Source: Auanema rhodensis
Taxonomy: Eukaryota > Animalia > Nematoda
DNA: 64,000 bases
Assembly: GCA_964057225.1 (NCBI GenBank)
Contig: OZ059896.1
Span: forward strand, 8,184,001-8,248,000
Direction: 5' to 3'
Shown here: piece after piece, positions 26,879 through 42,291 of the stretch
Numbering within the stretch: position 1 is the first letter of the stretch
How the letters are laid out: every line of letters begins with the position of its first letter
Translations under genes and position numbers: made by a program
Notes under the pieces: generated by a model
Seen by the model: the letters and a program-made list of their open reading frames with translations, nothing else
Told to the model about the DNA's origin: nothing
The model's database searches: none

Positions 26879-28242
26879 AAGAATTTATACGAATCTATTC
26901 ATAATTTATTTGTTGATTTTTAAATAAAACATTTACATCGTTTTATAAAATATTATTTTAATTTCAAATTTATAGATAAATCCCCGCAACAACTTACACG
27001 AGAAAATGACATGATCACATGATTCATTCAGATATTTACCAGCCAAAAAGCAAACATTTTAAAAAACAAAAAACAATATTTATAAGAGCTTCTCAAAGAG
27101 CATTTTTTTTTCAAAATAATACAATGTAGATCTCAAATTTTATCATATCAGATGAGGGAAAACATCAAAAGTCATATGTTTTGATAATTTGAAAACCTAC
27201 AAGTAAAAATGATAAAATATTTTAAAATAATAGAAACTTGAATAAATCATTGATAATAAGTTATTTTACTTTATATGAGATATAACTAATAATAATAATT
27301 AATAGATTTCTGTTGAAAGAGCAACATTTTTCTGAAAAGATTGTGTGTTATCATCATCATTTTTCTTTCTTTTATTATATTTTACTGTTAGCTTGTACAA
27401 GTTTTGTTAAAATATATCTAATCTCTCTAATTCTAGATAATATCAGAGATTCACTAGAATATACTTTCAGAAAGATAGCAATTTCAACATAACACTGTAT
27501 TTATGTTGCCTAACTTAAACTTAAACTTTCAACTTGCATCGTTGAGCATTATTTATAAGTTTTATAAATAGCTAAGAACTTTTGGCATATTATCAGTAAT
27601 GAGACTTCTTTGTTGTTGATGTACTTACATATAAGTATGTGTGTATGTATAGTTAATTATAACAAGAAACCAGAAAAAAATCTTTTTTTTTTTTTATAAA
27701 TATAACAAGCATTTATATTACTTGTAGTACAACAAAAAATTATAACAAATACATTGATAATATCACGTATTATTAGAAATGTTTGTTATACATACATGTA
27801 AATAAGGAAATATATTAAATAGAGAACAATTAAGAAATATAATATGATTGACTTATGTTATGCATCTTCAATATGTAATTATGCTGTCATACTCGTATTT
27901 CTTTCAGAAATAATATTATTTTAACCGCAATTTATGAAATGTATTTCATGTACTATATGATAACTACAAAAATCTAGAGGGTTATTACCCGAAGCCGATA
28001 TAGTCAGTGACAAAAAAAAATTTTTAAATATCATATCCTTCAGATCATAATGGTTTTTTACTTTTTTTTTGTTAATTGATCTAAGAAAAATAAATTAAAA
28101 ATTGAAATAATTATGGATATTAGAAAAACAATTTTTTTTGAAAGGTATAATCTTTCTTGTAAAGAAACCATTTTATATGAATTCAATATGGGATACGTCA
28201 ATACCTTAATCGATATAATTCATTTTGAATATATTTGATGAT

Positions 28243-29494
28243 CTAGAGAGTTGTATCATCTACATCGATTGTAGAAAATGTTGTTTTTTCATTTATAAGA
28301 AAACTATCAGTAACTGAAATTAATTAAAATATTAATAAAATTATTATATAATTTTTTTTACCACAAGGTGATTTAGCTAGAAGTTCACGTGATGTCAGAT
28401 GACTTGAATTATGTCGGTAATCCATAGATTTGCTAACAGATGGTGAAGTAGCTCCGAGAAAGATTCTTTCCGAAAATTTGCCATATCGTCTATAAGAAAA
28501 ATATTATAAATAAATAAATAAATAAATAGAATATAAGTTAGTTAGTTAGTTATATTACCTGAACAGGATTTGTCTGAACTTATGGGAAAATATCGCATAT
28601 ACGAAAAAGCTTAAGCTCATATTGCATAATCCCAAAAATACTCCAACTGTATTACCAATGCATATTCTACTATCGTTAACTACATGTGGTCCTATCATAG
28701 CAGCAAAAATAAAAGCAGGTACAGATGGTAGCTCTCCTAGTAGCTAAAAATAGCAAAAATAATTTATAAAATAAATAAAAATAAAATAAAAATTATATTA
28801 TATTATATGCTATATGCTAGTAAACTTTTTCCTCTCTTCAAATTTATAATAATATTATAGTTTTTGAAGTTTTTAATAGAAACTAGTTAGCTTAGCTATG
28901 TACTTGCGGTTATGAACATTGAATATGCCTATATGAGATGCATTTTGATGTTGTTTCTTTCTTTAAAAACATCTGAGCTTAAATTTATTTATATATTTTC
29001 TATTATTCAATTTCTGTATATGTGTATATAATATAATATTTTATATTGGAAATAGGATTCGTACAATGTCGTGAAAATCGAATAAAAAAACAAAATTGAT
29101 TCTTAATTATATTTAATTTTTTAATTTTAACTTAATTTGAATTATTTTCCATGTCAATTCTATCTTTTTGAAATCCACATCACGTACATTCATTCAGAAC
29201 TTCTCCTATTTCCTAACTCTTTTTCTATCATGAAAAAAAAGTTTTATAAAAGTATATTTATAAAATAATTTTAATATTAAAAAAAAAAAATTTTTTTTAA
29301 TTTAAATAGAGCACATATTGAAGTAAAAAGTTTGATTTGAACTGTAGATGATGAACAACTATTGTGTTTTGTAAGTTATAAAAAATAATCATAGAAATCT
29401 GTATTCTAAGTTTATTTCGAAATTCTAGATTTACCGAAAATTATTCGAAAAAATAGTTTTGTTTTACCTTCACTGGTAACAACAATAAAAATTA

Positions 29495-29536
<42 letters not shown>

Positions 29537-32500
29537 GTATTCAGGAAATATTTGATAATCTATCCCGTTCTGATCCAATTTCTATTTTTTTGCTTCATAT
29601 GTTAATCTATCTTCTTAAAAATGTGCTAACTTGAAACATGAAGCGTTAAAATGTATTGATTGTTGAATGAATTTAGAAGTAATTATTGAAAAGGTTAGTA
29701 TTACTTCTAGTTCATAGAAAATAATAGTTAAACTCGGTCAACGGTAACTATATATGTAACCCCTAGGGAGGATCATCTCAATTTAAGCTCAGGTTTGTCT
29801 CATACTAACCTAGCGTTAACATATGCTATTCAACCAGGTTTGTGAAGTGAGCATTAGGTTTGAAGACAAGTTATTTAGAAAAATCAGAAAAACCATATAC
29901 ATACATCTATATTATATATAGATATAGATAGATAGAGTTAGGTGAAGCTTCGTGTCAGACACTTCGACATCAGAGTCAGTTGGCATTTCGTGCAGTGTCA
30001 GAACCTCCTTTCACAGAATAAATGGGAGATTATGTGATTTTCATAGGTATTTATTTCGAAAAACAAAAAATAGGTACACGCTATACATATGCGTTTTTGA
30101 AGAAAAAGGAGCCAAAGATCAAAAAAATGATGCAATACATAAGATGTAACTTTGCATCGAAGCTGATCATCTGTGTTTTGCGAAGCTTATTTTGATATAA
30201 TGCATATATTAAATAATTTGTTCATTATGTTTGATAATAATTAAATAATATTACCTGTAAGAAAGTGGTTATCAGTGTAATGCGGGTTACACAACGTTTC
30301 TCCGAACTTAAATAAATTTAAAAATATTTTTTTAAAATTAAAATGAAGTTGATTACGTAAAATGTGTAGAATTTGGAAATTCAGCTTTTCGTAAAACTAG
30401 TCTATAAACAATTCGTGATGTCATATAGATAAGTAGACCCATTGGTAACACACTAGCTAATAGTAAATGCGTTATTGTATGAAGACGTTCAATGGTTTGC
30501 ATAACAGAATCTGAAAATATTAATAAAAAATTAAAATAATCTCAATTTAGTGTATTATTATAAATAAATAATATATAGTTACATATATATATATATAGTT
30601 ATAATAAAATATTGATTTAAAAACGAAAAATTGTTGTAAGATATAGACATACCTTGTGAAGCTAAAATCTGTACGATAACTCGATCACATTTATCCACCG
30701 TAATATATGCTTTTCTATTAATTGGATAAATTGACGATAAAGCAGATGCAAGACAGAAAATTGAGACATAACTTCTGAAATATAATTAATGAAATTCTCT
30801 TAAATTCGTCATTATTATTGAATTTGTTCAACAATAAGATTAAAAATACATTTTTCTTCTTTTTTTTTATAAATAACAAGTATATCTATATATATGTGTG
30901 TTTCTTCTAATTAATACCTTCGTAGGTTCCTTTTAGTACAAAGAGATTTTGAATGACTTGGATAGAAAACATGTAGATAACATTCACCCGTCATTAAGAC
31001 TGTAATCCTAAAACAAAAATATAAATTTTAATTAATTATTGTACAGTAACAAGATTTCGTTTTTTTTTTCTTTTTTTTTGGTTAAAAATTATATAATAAT
31101 ATTAATAAGACATTAAATATAATATACATTGGCAATATTTTGCTTATAAATTGCAATACTATAGCAGATGTCATGGTGAGTTTGATGAGTTTTTTTACAA
31201 ATTCAAATAGTAAACTCTTATATTATATTTCAAAATGAAAGTATGAGTCATACTCAGACATAACAATAATAGTTCGTATAAAGGTTCTCTTGTCTTTAAT
31301 TCTTTTAAGGTAATTTTGCATGAAATCTCGTATATTATACAAAAACATTAGTGACAAGTGTAGCTTTTTCATATATTTTGTTGTCATTTTTTCATTTTTT
31401 TTCTGGAAAAATGCGTAAGAATCTTTACGTAGATGAAAAACAAATGTTCCTTTTGAATTAATAATGGCTTGTGGCTACTTTAACATGTAAACATAGCCAG
31501 TTTAGAAGGGATTGGAAGAACCTTTCAGGATGAATAGATCATTGAGTACAGATGTATGTGATTTGAACCAAGACGTTTTAACGATTTTTGAATTATAATA
31601 TATTTTTTATTCTATTTTTATATTAATTTTATTATTATTATTATTATTTTAATATTTTAAATTAACTAACCACATTGAACAAAATCCAAAGACATTAACA
31701 AAGTAAGCTTGATATGGATAATATGCCCAGTATATATGATCGAAATCTGAATTTGGTTCCCAAACTCCAACAGTTCGTAATGCTTGAGGTAGCAATGAGA
31801 CCATGGTTATACTGTTTATAAGCTGAAAACGATTTGATTCATTCAAGGAAAGTTTATTATTATCCTTATTTATACTTTTTTCGTTGATATTGTTTTATTT
31901 TTCGCAAAAAAAACCGTATTGTTTACTTTATTTTTTCAATTTAGTTTAATGAAATCATAAATATAGAAATATATTTGAAATAAAGATGTAAGTTATTTAA
32001 TTAATTAATTATTGTTTAATGAAAATTCTTATTTTTCACTTTTTCTATTTTTTCAGAAAAGTTCTGTCCCTCTTATTTTATTTTATGAAACAGGAATGAA
32101 AAAGTCATCTAGATGAACTTAATGAGAAACATGAATTTGATGAACAGGATCGTACTACTGATTCTGATTTCAATTAATTTTTTTTTCAATTTGAACTCTT
32201 GTAGGTAATGCAACATAACGAAAGATAATTCCATCAAAAAAAACAATTTTAAAGGTTCTTTCAAAAAAATGTTTCAAAATGAATTTTAAGAGTAAAGCGG
32301 GATTATTGGTTTAAGGGATATTAATCATAGTGGTTGTTGATTAAATAATTAGAAGATTATAAAGGAAAATATGAAGTTCATATAAAAAAAATATAATAAA
32401 ACAAACTTTAATATAATTAGTTTTGATAATTCTGGATTATAAATAAATATCTAATTGTATATATTATGTGATGTATTACTCTATCAAATATGTTTTTCCG

Positions 32501-33127
32501 GTTTTCATCAGAAACTCATTTTTTAGATTAAAAAAAGTCTGAGATAAACTTACTAAACGAGCACATAACATGCGAATCGCCAAATAGTAGCGAATCTGAT
32601 CAGAATTGTAGATGAGCACATTGATACAGTTGCCAAACATAGCCCATGTAAAGACAAACAGGAATCCAATGCCCATCAGAAATATATGAAATGGCGTATC
32701 CTCACATCTTGCCTGTCAATTCATACACTAAGACATAATCAAATATTATAAAATTCTGATTTAATTTTCATTAAAGACTATTTTTTTTTCGTTAAAATCT
32801 TACTCATCTTTCGTGTTTTCTATCTTTTTCTTCATTTAAACTTAGTTCAATCCCAGAGGGGAATAGTAGCTTCTCTTTCATTGAAATGAAGATCTATGAT
32901 AGAAGTGAAAACAAGATGAGAAGCTATTAAAACATATAAACAATATATATATATATATATATATATATGAGGAAGAGGAAGGAAATTAAGGTTTTGAGTG
33001 AAATGCATCGTTTTACCTCCAGTTGTTCACATGGATTTCTCATCATATCACGGAGTACACCGAATAATGTTTGAAGCTTATGATCATCTCCTATACGACC
33101 AAGTTCAGTTCTGTTGTTATTCATCAT
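28243..33127 (-). CDS. Rhodopsin-family 7TM GPCR, FMRFamide/peptide-receptor-like, about 10 exons
   Basis: Minus-strand exons (e.g. 33017-33127, 32554-32712, 31671-31822) join in frame. TM1 AMFGNCINVLIY; TM3 FCSMWITVLMTGECYLHVFYP (ECY in place of DRY); TM5 SVLPMGLLIY; TM6 EKRCVTRITLITTFLQLLGELP; TM7 LGLCNMSLSFFVYAIFSHKFR. The last exon (VTDSFL...DDTTL*) is less certain. Confidence 0.88.
29496..29535. repeat. (TTA)n microsatellite in a GPCR intron
   Basis: Directly visible. Confidence 0.9.
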
Positions 33128-33424
33128 CTTCTATTTCTAAATTAAACATTTTGAAATTCAATAATTTAGGATATAAAATAATTTGTTTCATATGTTTGTT
33201 ACTTTCTAACATTAGCTGATATTAGTAATAATTTAGACAAGAATAATATATAATAATTTGATATAATTAATATCAGGTAATGTTAAATCATATGAATCAT
33301 CATAAGTTAAGAAAGAATGACAAATAAATGAAAATTAAGGAATATAGACAATTAAATAATGACACAGGACTGCAATATATGGCTTGACTATATATCTATA
33401 TGATCATTCATTGTATTTGCTTTC

Positions 33425-33428
<4 letters not shown>

Positions 33429-33458
<30 letters not shown>
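33429..33458. repeat. (AT)n microsatellite
   Basis: Directly visible. Confidence 0.9.
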
Positions 33459-33462
<4 letters not shown>

Positions 33463-36400
33463 GTATATATATAGTTTATATATCAGTTTGAAAAACAAAA
33501 TGAATATGTGAAGAAAAATATTCATCAGTTGCAGCTTTATTACTGTTTGATCCAGATAAAATAAAAATCCTGGTAATGAAGATGTGTAAGATTATCTGTA
33601 TTAAGCCATAAGACAGAAAAACAGCAAATGTCATGCATTCGTTGTAGTCGACCTATCTAGCAGTTTAGACATAGATAAGTTCATTCAATAGTTTTGTGAT
33701 GGTAAAGCTGAGAAAATGGGCGGGAGTTTTTGAAGTTTGACGGCACCGCCTTCTGATAAGTTAAACGATTAACCATAATAATCATGCAATAGCAAGAAAA
33801 TGAGAAACAAAGAAAGAAAATAGGAGTAAACGATGAAGGCAAAAGTAGGAAGAGGGGGGAGAGAGAGAAGGAATCAAAGAGAGAGAACGATGCTAGAAAG
33901 ACAATAGTGAAGAAGCGGTGAAAGGGGGGAGAACATGAAGTAGAGAGATAAATACAAAGAGAAAATTTCACTTAAAAGTGAAAAAACAGAAATGATTTTG
34001 ATCTTTGAAATCTTATGACTAATATTATATGGCAAAATTATAGCCTTATATTATAGAATATTGGTGAAATGTCAGTCCAAGTACGTAATAGCATGGTTTT
34101 ATCAAATATATAATTATTTCTCTAAAGAGATAGAGAGACAACTTTTTTTTTTGAAAAATAGGTAGCTAATATGACGGAAATGAGCAGTAAGAGGAATTTA
34201 AAGAAATGTATGTGGTCTGAATTTTATAAGCTGCAGGTGAATATCTTAGAACTTCTGGAGCAGCATTGGATCGGAAACGATACGGACGCCCTTAGGAAAA
34301 AAGTGAATTGACAGCATTTCCCCAATAATTCAAGTATTCTGATGTTTTTGTTTTCAGAATAGAATATTGAGTGAACGGATAAAAGAAAAAAGGAGATATT
34401 GGGCTAGTCTTCATATTATAACGTTCGTATGTTGACAATGTGAGGAAAATGATTTTGAAATTGTTCAAAAAATGAGATGAAAAAGGTTTGTTTTCATTAA
34501 ATTCATTTCTGGATATTTTGGTCATTAGAAAGATTTACATTTCTTTTTTTAAGCTATTCTCAACACATGAATACATTTAATTTTTTTTTTTCTGAAAAAA
34601 ATTGATGTTAAGAAAATTTTTTTTGATTTAATTAAGGAAAATCATTAAATAAATCAGAATTTAGTAACAAAAAATAATAAATTTCAATAACATGATTAAT
34701 CAGTTATTATAGTTAATTTTCTTTTGTAGATTTATATTTATAACATCATACATGTTAGTTGTTAATCATTTTGATATCGTTTATAATTCTTTTAAATTAT
34801 TCAATTACAATTCTTTCATATATTCTATTTTGTATGTTATGAAAAGTAAGTTCAAAACTCAAACATGGAAGATACATACAAAAACAGGAGAATAAAGATA
34901 TACTGACGAAATACAAAGAGGAAATGAATTTATTGAATTATTCTTTTATAACTTAATTAGTGTTTTATTATTATATCTACAATAATCTTCTTAATGTTTT
35001 TTTTTTACAAATAAATTGGTAAATTATGAATCAATGTATACGGTAATAAATTTATATTATTAATATATTAAAAATAATTTTTTTGTTTTGTATCATTGTT
35101 TGAATTTGAATGTTTTTTTTATTAATAATTCAAATAATTATTGATAACAAATTGTAAAACATAGAAAGAATTATCAAAACTTCAAGACTATTCAAGCTTT
35201 ATATTGAAGTAAAATCTCGAAAAAAGAAACATTCACGTTATCATCAGAAAGTTTTTCCGAAATTTTGAAGCTTACAGTGGTTAAAATTTGAAATTTTGCT
35301 TTTTATATAGAAACAATGATTTTTGGTTAAATAATTTCTTAAAGTTGATGTCAACGATATTCAAACCAATTTTTAATGATATGTCAATGAATGCTCGAAA
35401 TAAAGGTTTTGAAAAACAGACAAGAAACTATAATTTCTTTAAGCAAGCCATTTGAGCTTATTTCTTATCGACACAAAAAAAAACTTAAATGTTCAATTGT
35501 AATGAACCGTTAAAAAAATAAATTTGACAACAAAGTTAAAAGAAAACAAAATAATTTTTTTTAAATTAACAAGTCCTCATTAGAAAATCTGCAATAGTTG
35601 CTAAAGGCGTTATGAGAATATCATCTCAACATATTTGAAGAAAAGAGATGAAAGCGCTATTTAGAAAATGAAATATTTAGCTGAAAAATCAAAATAAAAT
35701 AAATATTTTGTCAACAATTTTTTGAAACATTGGTATATTAGACTGAAGAGCAATAGAGTTCGTTCTTAGTTTAATGCAACGGTTTTCAGTTTCTCAACTG
35801 AATATTTAAATTTTAAATTATTCTTTAGTCTTGAATACAATTAGTAAATTCTCAAAGCTATAGAATAATAATTATGTTCTTTCTTAATTAGTCTAGTTGA
35901 GGGGTTAAAGGTGAACAGCTATATTACATTAAACGAAAAGGTAAGAGTTTACATAATATTTTCAAGAAAAAAAATTGTTCCTGTTGACTGCTAAAGGCAT
36001 TTCATTCTTAAAACTTAAACACAGATATAAATATATATATATGTGTGTGTGTAAAACTATATATCTATATATGTTCTTATGTATAGTTATTTTATTCATT
36101 TTTTTTCCTTTTTTTGAATCCAAAAAAAAAAAGAATATATGTATGTACGTACACATATCCTTCATTATGGTCTTTTTTTCATCTATTATAATCTTCCTTA
36201 TTTTTGAAAACATTGTACTTGAATAGAAATAAGTTTTGATTCAGTTCAACATATTATGAGAACAAACTGATGTTTTAAATTAAAACAAAGAATAGAAATT
36301 ATATTTAAAAATAAATAAAAAAATAAAAAATGATAAGCTACAACAAAAATTTCATTGAAATATACGAAAGATATGAAGATAGTAAACATTCTTCTTCTTT

Positions 36401-37477
36401 AAAATGTGAAATTAAATATAAGTTTGATAGAACATTGATATATAAGTTCTCAAATTTAATATAAAGTTATGATTAAAAATTGAAATTATAAGAATATAGA
36501 TGTTCCAATATATTATAATATATAAACTTAAATAAAATTGGAGAATCAGTAGAATATGATTATAACAGAGAGGTAAAACAAAAGAATAAGAAAAACGAGA
36601 TATATTATATTAGAAAAATAATAAAATATAAAATAAACAACAACATAACACCTATATCCATATATGTCTTTGTTTATTATAAATTAATTGAAACATAATA
36701 TTCGTTTTCTTTCTTTAACGATAATATACTATTAAGTTGAAAGTTGAAACTATACTAATGATATGGATAACATCATTAGTTAAATATTCTTTTTATGAAA
36801 ACAACTATCAAAATGATGGAAATTAAGATATACAATCAGTATACTACTGTTATAATCTTTAGAACTTTGAACAAATCATTATATGAATTATAAAGATATT
36901 ATATATTAGGAATATCTGATATAGAAAGTGGAAACAGAAAAATGACAGGTATAGACAATAATATAAAAGAAAAATTCTGTAATATTTATATATATCTCTA
37001 TTCAAAAATGGAGAAAATGATGTGTATTTAGTTTGAAAAAAAGAAGGAAGAAGGTGAATGACAAAATGTTTATTCAGATTTTACTTATTTATTTATTCAG
37101 ATAAATTCAATTTTATTTTAATGACATTAATAACTTTTAATAGAATTATACTTTCTTTTCAGAATCTTAATTAGAAAATATGTTTGTATTATTCGAACAA
37201 AGGAAGATTAGTAGAAGATATTATTGATTTAGTATCATATTTTCTTTTTAATCAAAATATGTTGATCTGTATATTTAATCCATAATAATAGTTTATATAA
37301 TGTATTATGTGAGAATGAAAGATACTATTTCATATCAAAAAGGTGTGAGAGGGGAGATTAGAATCATTGGAAATAATAAATTTTAAAAAAATAATAGTTT
37401 ATTTACAAATATATATTTCAATCAGTTAGCCATCTAAATCGTCGAACTATATTTCAAGCGGTAAGGTGAACGCTGAA

Positions 37478-37586
<109 letters not shown>

Positions 37587-38020
37587 AGAAGGAGAGAGGG
37601 GCTCAAACAGAGAGGAAAGGTTATTGGGAAAGAAGAGCTAGGAAGACAAAGTGGACGGGCCAAAAGAAAATGAGCATAAAAGTTATTCGATTGAAAAAAT
37701 TTTTAAGTATAATCGAATTGCGTCTGGACATATTAATGCAAAAATTTTCAGTAGTGTTCTAAAACGAAAAGATATTGTTTGTTTCGTTTAAGACCCAAAT
37801 ATTGATAAAAGGTGTTAAAATCAAGTCAAATAGTCAAGTCCTGAAAACAAAAGATGAAACATTCCAAGCAGATGAGCAAAATATTCCGAGGAAAATTTAT
37901 AATTAAATTACAAATAAAAATATATTTTGAGCATAAGAGTTGTTGCTTGAGATTGAAAATGACCTCAAAGATAGAGAGAGGGGTAAGATGAGAGACATGG
38001 AGATGTCATGGAGAGACGAA

Positions 38021-38049
38021 TGATAGACAGAGGAGTGATAGACAGAGGA
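38021..38049. repeat. 14-bp direct repeat TGATAGACAGAGGA x2
   Basis: Copies at 38021-38034 and 38036-38049. Confidence 0.8.
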
Positions 38050-40798
38050 AGAGAGAAAGAAGCAGGGAGAGAGAAACCAATATATGGATAGAACTCCGCA
38101 GGTCTCTTTCAAATTTAGTATAAAGCCTATTGAAAAATATCACAAATATACTAATTATTTTTTGCAGGTTATACAAATTTAGGAAATATAAAAGCGACTA
38201 GCAGAACTTGTTCGTTGTCCTTAGTTCAGGGCTGATAACCAACGGCTGGAGCTCATTTTATGTTTTGCTTCTCAAAACTGTTGCATACAAGAAAATCACA
38301 TGTTGCTTTCCCCCGCAAATTTCCCCTATACTACGAAGAACACATAACAGTTTTCTTTCACATCTCTCTCTCTCTCTCTTTCTCTCTCTAACTTATGCTT
38401 TGTCTTCTTTATTCTCTTTCAACATCAGTTCATTTGCTAGTATTCAATTCCTAGTAAATTTTACAATAACAATGACTGTTATACGGTTTAACTAACGAAA
38501 GATCACAATTTCCTAATTATCAACGTTCAAATGAGAATATCAGTGAACATATGTATAGAGGAAACAAAAAACAAGGTTCAAGCTTCTCTTGAAATATTTA
38601 CCGATTCTTCTATTCAATTACAGCTTTCACATATATATATATATATATATATAATAAATTATTTTTTATCTAAACTTCAGCATCATATTGATAGCAAAGT
38701 AAAATATTTAAATTTGAACTTATATTATATCTATCTATTCTATCTATATATGCATATATTCTCCAGGGTTTTTTGCATAATGTTTCAAAGAAGCCAATTA
38801 AAGATTCAAAAAAACATAATTAATAGTTTAAACTTTTTAATTGCAATATTAAAGAAAATATAAAGACTTATATAATATATTTATCACCATTTTGAAGTTT
38901 CTTTTTCCTTTTCAAAAGCTGACTTTAAAGTTAAACCAAAGGCCGAAAAAAAAAGAAGAAAATGAAAACAAAAACACAACCGTGTTGAATGTCAAAAAAC
39001 TATAGAATGAGTTTTCTTTTTTTTATGTAATTTATAATATTCATTTGAAAAGATAATACACCAAAATAAAGTTGCAATTTCCATTGAGATAATTTATAAA
39101 AGAAAAAGGAAATAAAAGATCAAACTATTTGCAGAAACATGAATTTCATAAACAAATTTATCATTTGAATTAGTTTTAAAAAAATAAATGTATTGTGTGA
39201 AGTATATCCTTACGTATACATATATGTATTTATTTAATTAAAATGAAAAAAAATAAGGAAAAGACCTAAATGATAGTATATTGACGTGCGAAAACCAGAT
39301 GAGACTATCGAAAAAAAACAAAGTTCTGACAAATATTTGAAAAAAAAAAAAAAAAAAGAAATCTAATTGTATATATATAAAATATATGTATATTGAGATA
39401 TGTACCTATATATACATACATATATATATACAGATAGATAGATAGAGATGCATATAGGTATAATAGATATATGTATAATTAGAGCTATTCATATAGCTCT
39501 TTGCATATATGTATTTGGGTATGCACAGTAAACCATATTTTCTTTTCTTTCTTTTTTTCTTGTTTATTGTAAAAGAATAAAAGTGCTTCACTTCATGCAT
39601 TTTTAATTAAAAAAAAAGAAAACTACAACAAAAAAAGCAGCATCTGTATTATAGCAAATTTACTCAAGTTGTCCTTGATATTTCTGTTTCTGAGGGTCTT
39701 GCAATCAGATGAGCTTGTTTTGTTTACGCATGAACAAGAAACAGTTAAAGTCAATGTGATATATGATCTTGGCTTATTTTACCTCCTTTCAAATGAGTTA
39801 TTTGTTTTCTTTTTTTCGACTTTTATAATGGAATTATAGTTATATGTAACTATCCTTATTTCAGCTTAATTTTATATTATTTCTATAATAATCTTACTAA
39901 ATTTATAAAAGATAAAGGAATCATACATATATATAGATACAGATAGATATAGATATAGATATATATACTTCTTTAATTTGTATTAAAATATTATTTTAAT
40001 TCAACAAAATAAAAATTTAATTATTTATAAATAGTTTAAGAAAACATAGTTAATAACTTCTACATAACTTTAACCAGCGATCATTCTTAAATAAAAGTTC
40101 TTGAATTTAAAACTTAAAAATATTCTTAAAATACTTTGAAATATAAATACTAATTAATAAAAAGAAATTTTTAATTTTAGAAAAAATTCTTAGCAAATAC
40201 TAACTTTGAAAAATGAAAAACATAAATGTCAAAAGAAGAAGAAGCTGAAAAGAGATACTCGACCTAAAAAAACTCAAAACATAGTGACAAGTCATAGGCG
40301 ATAACATAAAAATTTAGATTTGAATATTATACTATATTAAATTTATTATTATATATAGATATATCAAAAAAACACTAATAACAACAAATAAACAAATAAA
40401 ATCATATTTGAATCTTTATAATAGAAAATAAATATTTCAAATATATAAATTATAATCAATATAATCTGTGTTTCAAGGAACGGAAGTATTTGCCGTTTTT
40501 ACATAATTAATTACTTTAGTTACTTACTATATTATAATTGGAAATATTTATTTCATCCAATAATAGTTTATAGTCATTTAGACCATTTTTTATTCTGTGA
40601 ACAATCTTTTATTGACTGGAAATTATTTTAGAAGCATTATATGCAATGTTTATTCTCCAAAAACTCTTTGCGCAATTAAATTCGTTTGTTTAAATTTTGA
40701 TACTTAGTTAAAGAAAGTATTGGCAAATGAATCATTTATAGATCAATTTAGTCAGATAATTGAGAACACATACACTTCTTCAACTTCTTCTTCTTCAA

Positions 40799-42230
40799 AT
40801 GCCGTCTGAGACTTCACGCAACCAGCCATCAGCTTCAACTGAAAATAACGATGAGCCTACTTCACCAACTGATCGAGATTTAGAAATGTCCGAAGATATA
40901 TGCCATCTAAGGGTACGTATTCCAATTTTATCTTATTTTTATTATTTTTATTTAACAAATATTTCTAAAAATATCAAGTATTCTCTTACAATTTATTCAT
41001 TTTTGATAAACAGCTGTAACCATAGATCTTCAAAATCTTAAAAAAAATAAATCATTTTTTTGAGACACGCAAGACATGTGTATGCATGAATAGATGTTGA
41101 GAAACAAACCATATGAAGCTTTTTTTAGTATTTCATTATAAAAACTGCACTTTATAAGCCAGGGATGATGAATAATGAGTATATTAAGATTAAAAATAGT
41201 AAATATGCTAAGCTTTTCTATAATTTACATCATTCAGGAGTTTTTATCAACAAGAAAACCAATAACACCCATTACCCGAACCGTTGGCCGAAAGTACACT
41301 TATACTCCCGATCGTGGTAATTGTAGAATGGATGACTCAGATATCAATGAAGACATGGGTGCGTAATTTCCATAAGCTTAAGTATTATGAGAGGATGAAA
41401 CGTAAATAGATAGCTAAACGATGAAATGATGAAAGTTGATGTTTTGGCTTTATTCCTGAATATGAGAAATTTAACAAAATGTTCAAATCTGTGCATACTT
41501 CCATCAAAAGAAAAAAATTCAATTTGTAAAAAAAAAACAAATAAGAAAAAATTAATAGTTAAGCATGCTGTTAATACATACGAACGAATTCTATTCCGTA
41601 TTGAAAATTGAAGTCTATTTGTCTTTGAGAAGAAGACTCGCTCCACTATTTATCCTTTTCTTGACCATTTCGACGTCACAGCCTACTAGCCACTACCAAC
41701 GTCGGCGATCATCACCTTTTACCTTTCTTTAAGCTTACAAGCTCACCTTCTCTTTCTTCATCGCTCTCTCTCTCTATCTTATTCAGTTCAGCTTCTTCTT
41801 CCCTTTTTTCCCTTTTCCGCTTTCATACCATAGCTGTCCTATCTTCTCACAATACTTCCTTTTTCAATTTCTCTTTCCTTAAACTAATCTTGCTCACTTT
41901 TCAATATTGTTCGAGCACACCATTAATACAATGAATTGCTTAACCAATGATTCTTTCATTTCTTCATTGTATTGTGATATCTATTTCCAAACTTTTAATT
42001 CTTAGACTTTCCTTCTCAAATAATTTCTTTTCTCTTCATAATACTATAAAAGAATTTTAAAAAAATATAGATTTTACCCCATCCCATCTCTGTTTCATAG
42101 CTCTAAGTTGTGCCTTCGTTTTTCCAAAAAAGACGATTCTGGTTTTTCCGAAAATAAGCACTCAATATGGAAGGTCTCTGGAGAAGAAGAAGAGAGAGGT
42201 ATCTCTCTGTCGTTCTATCTCTCTCTATCT

Positions 42231-42291
<61 letters not shown>

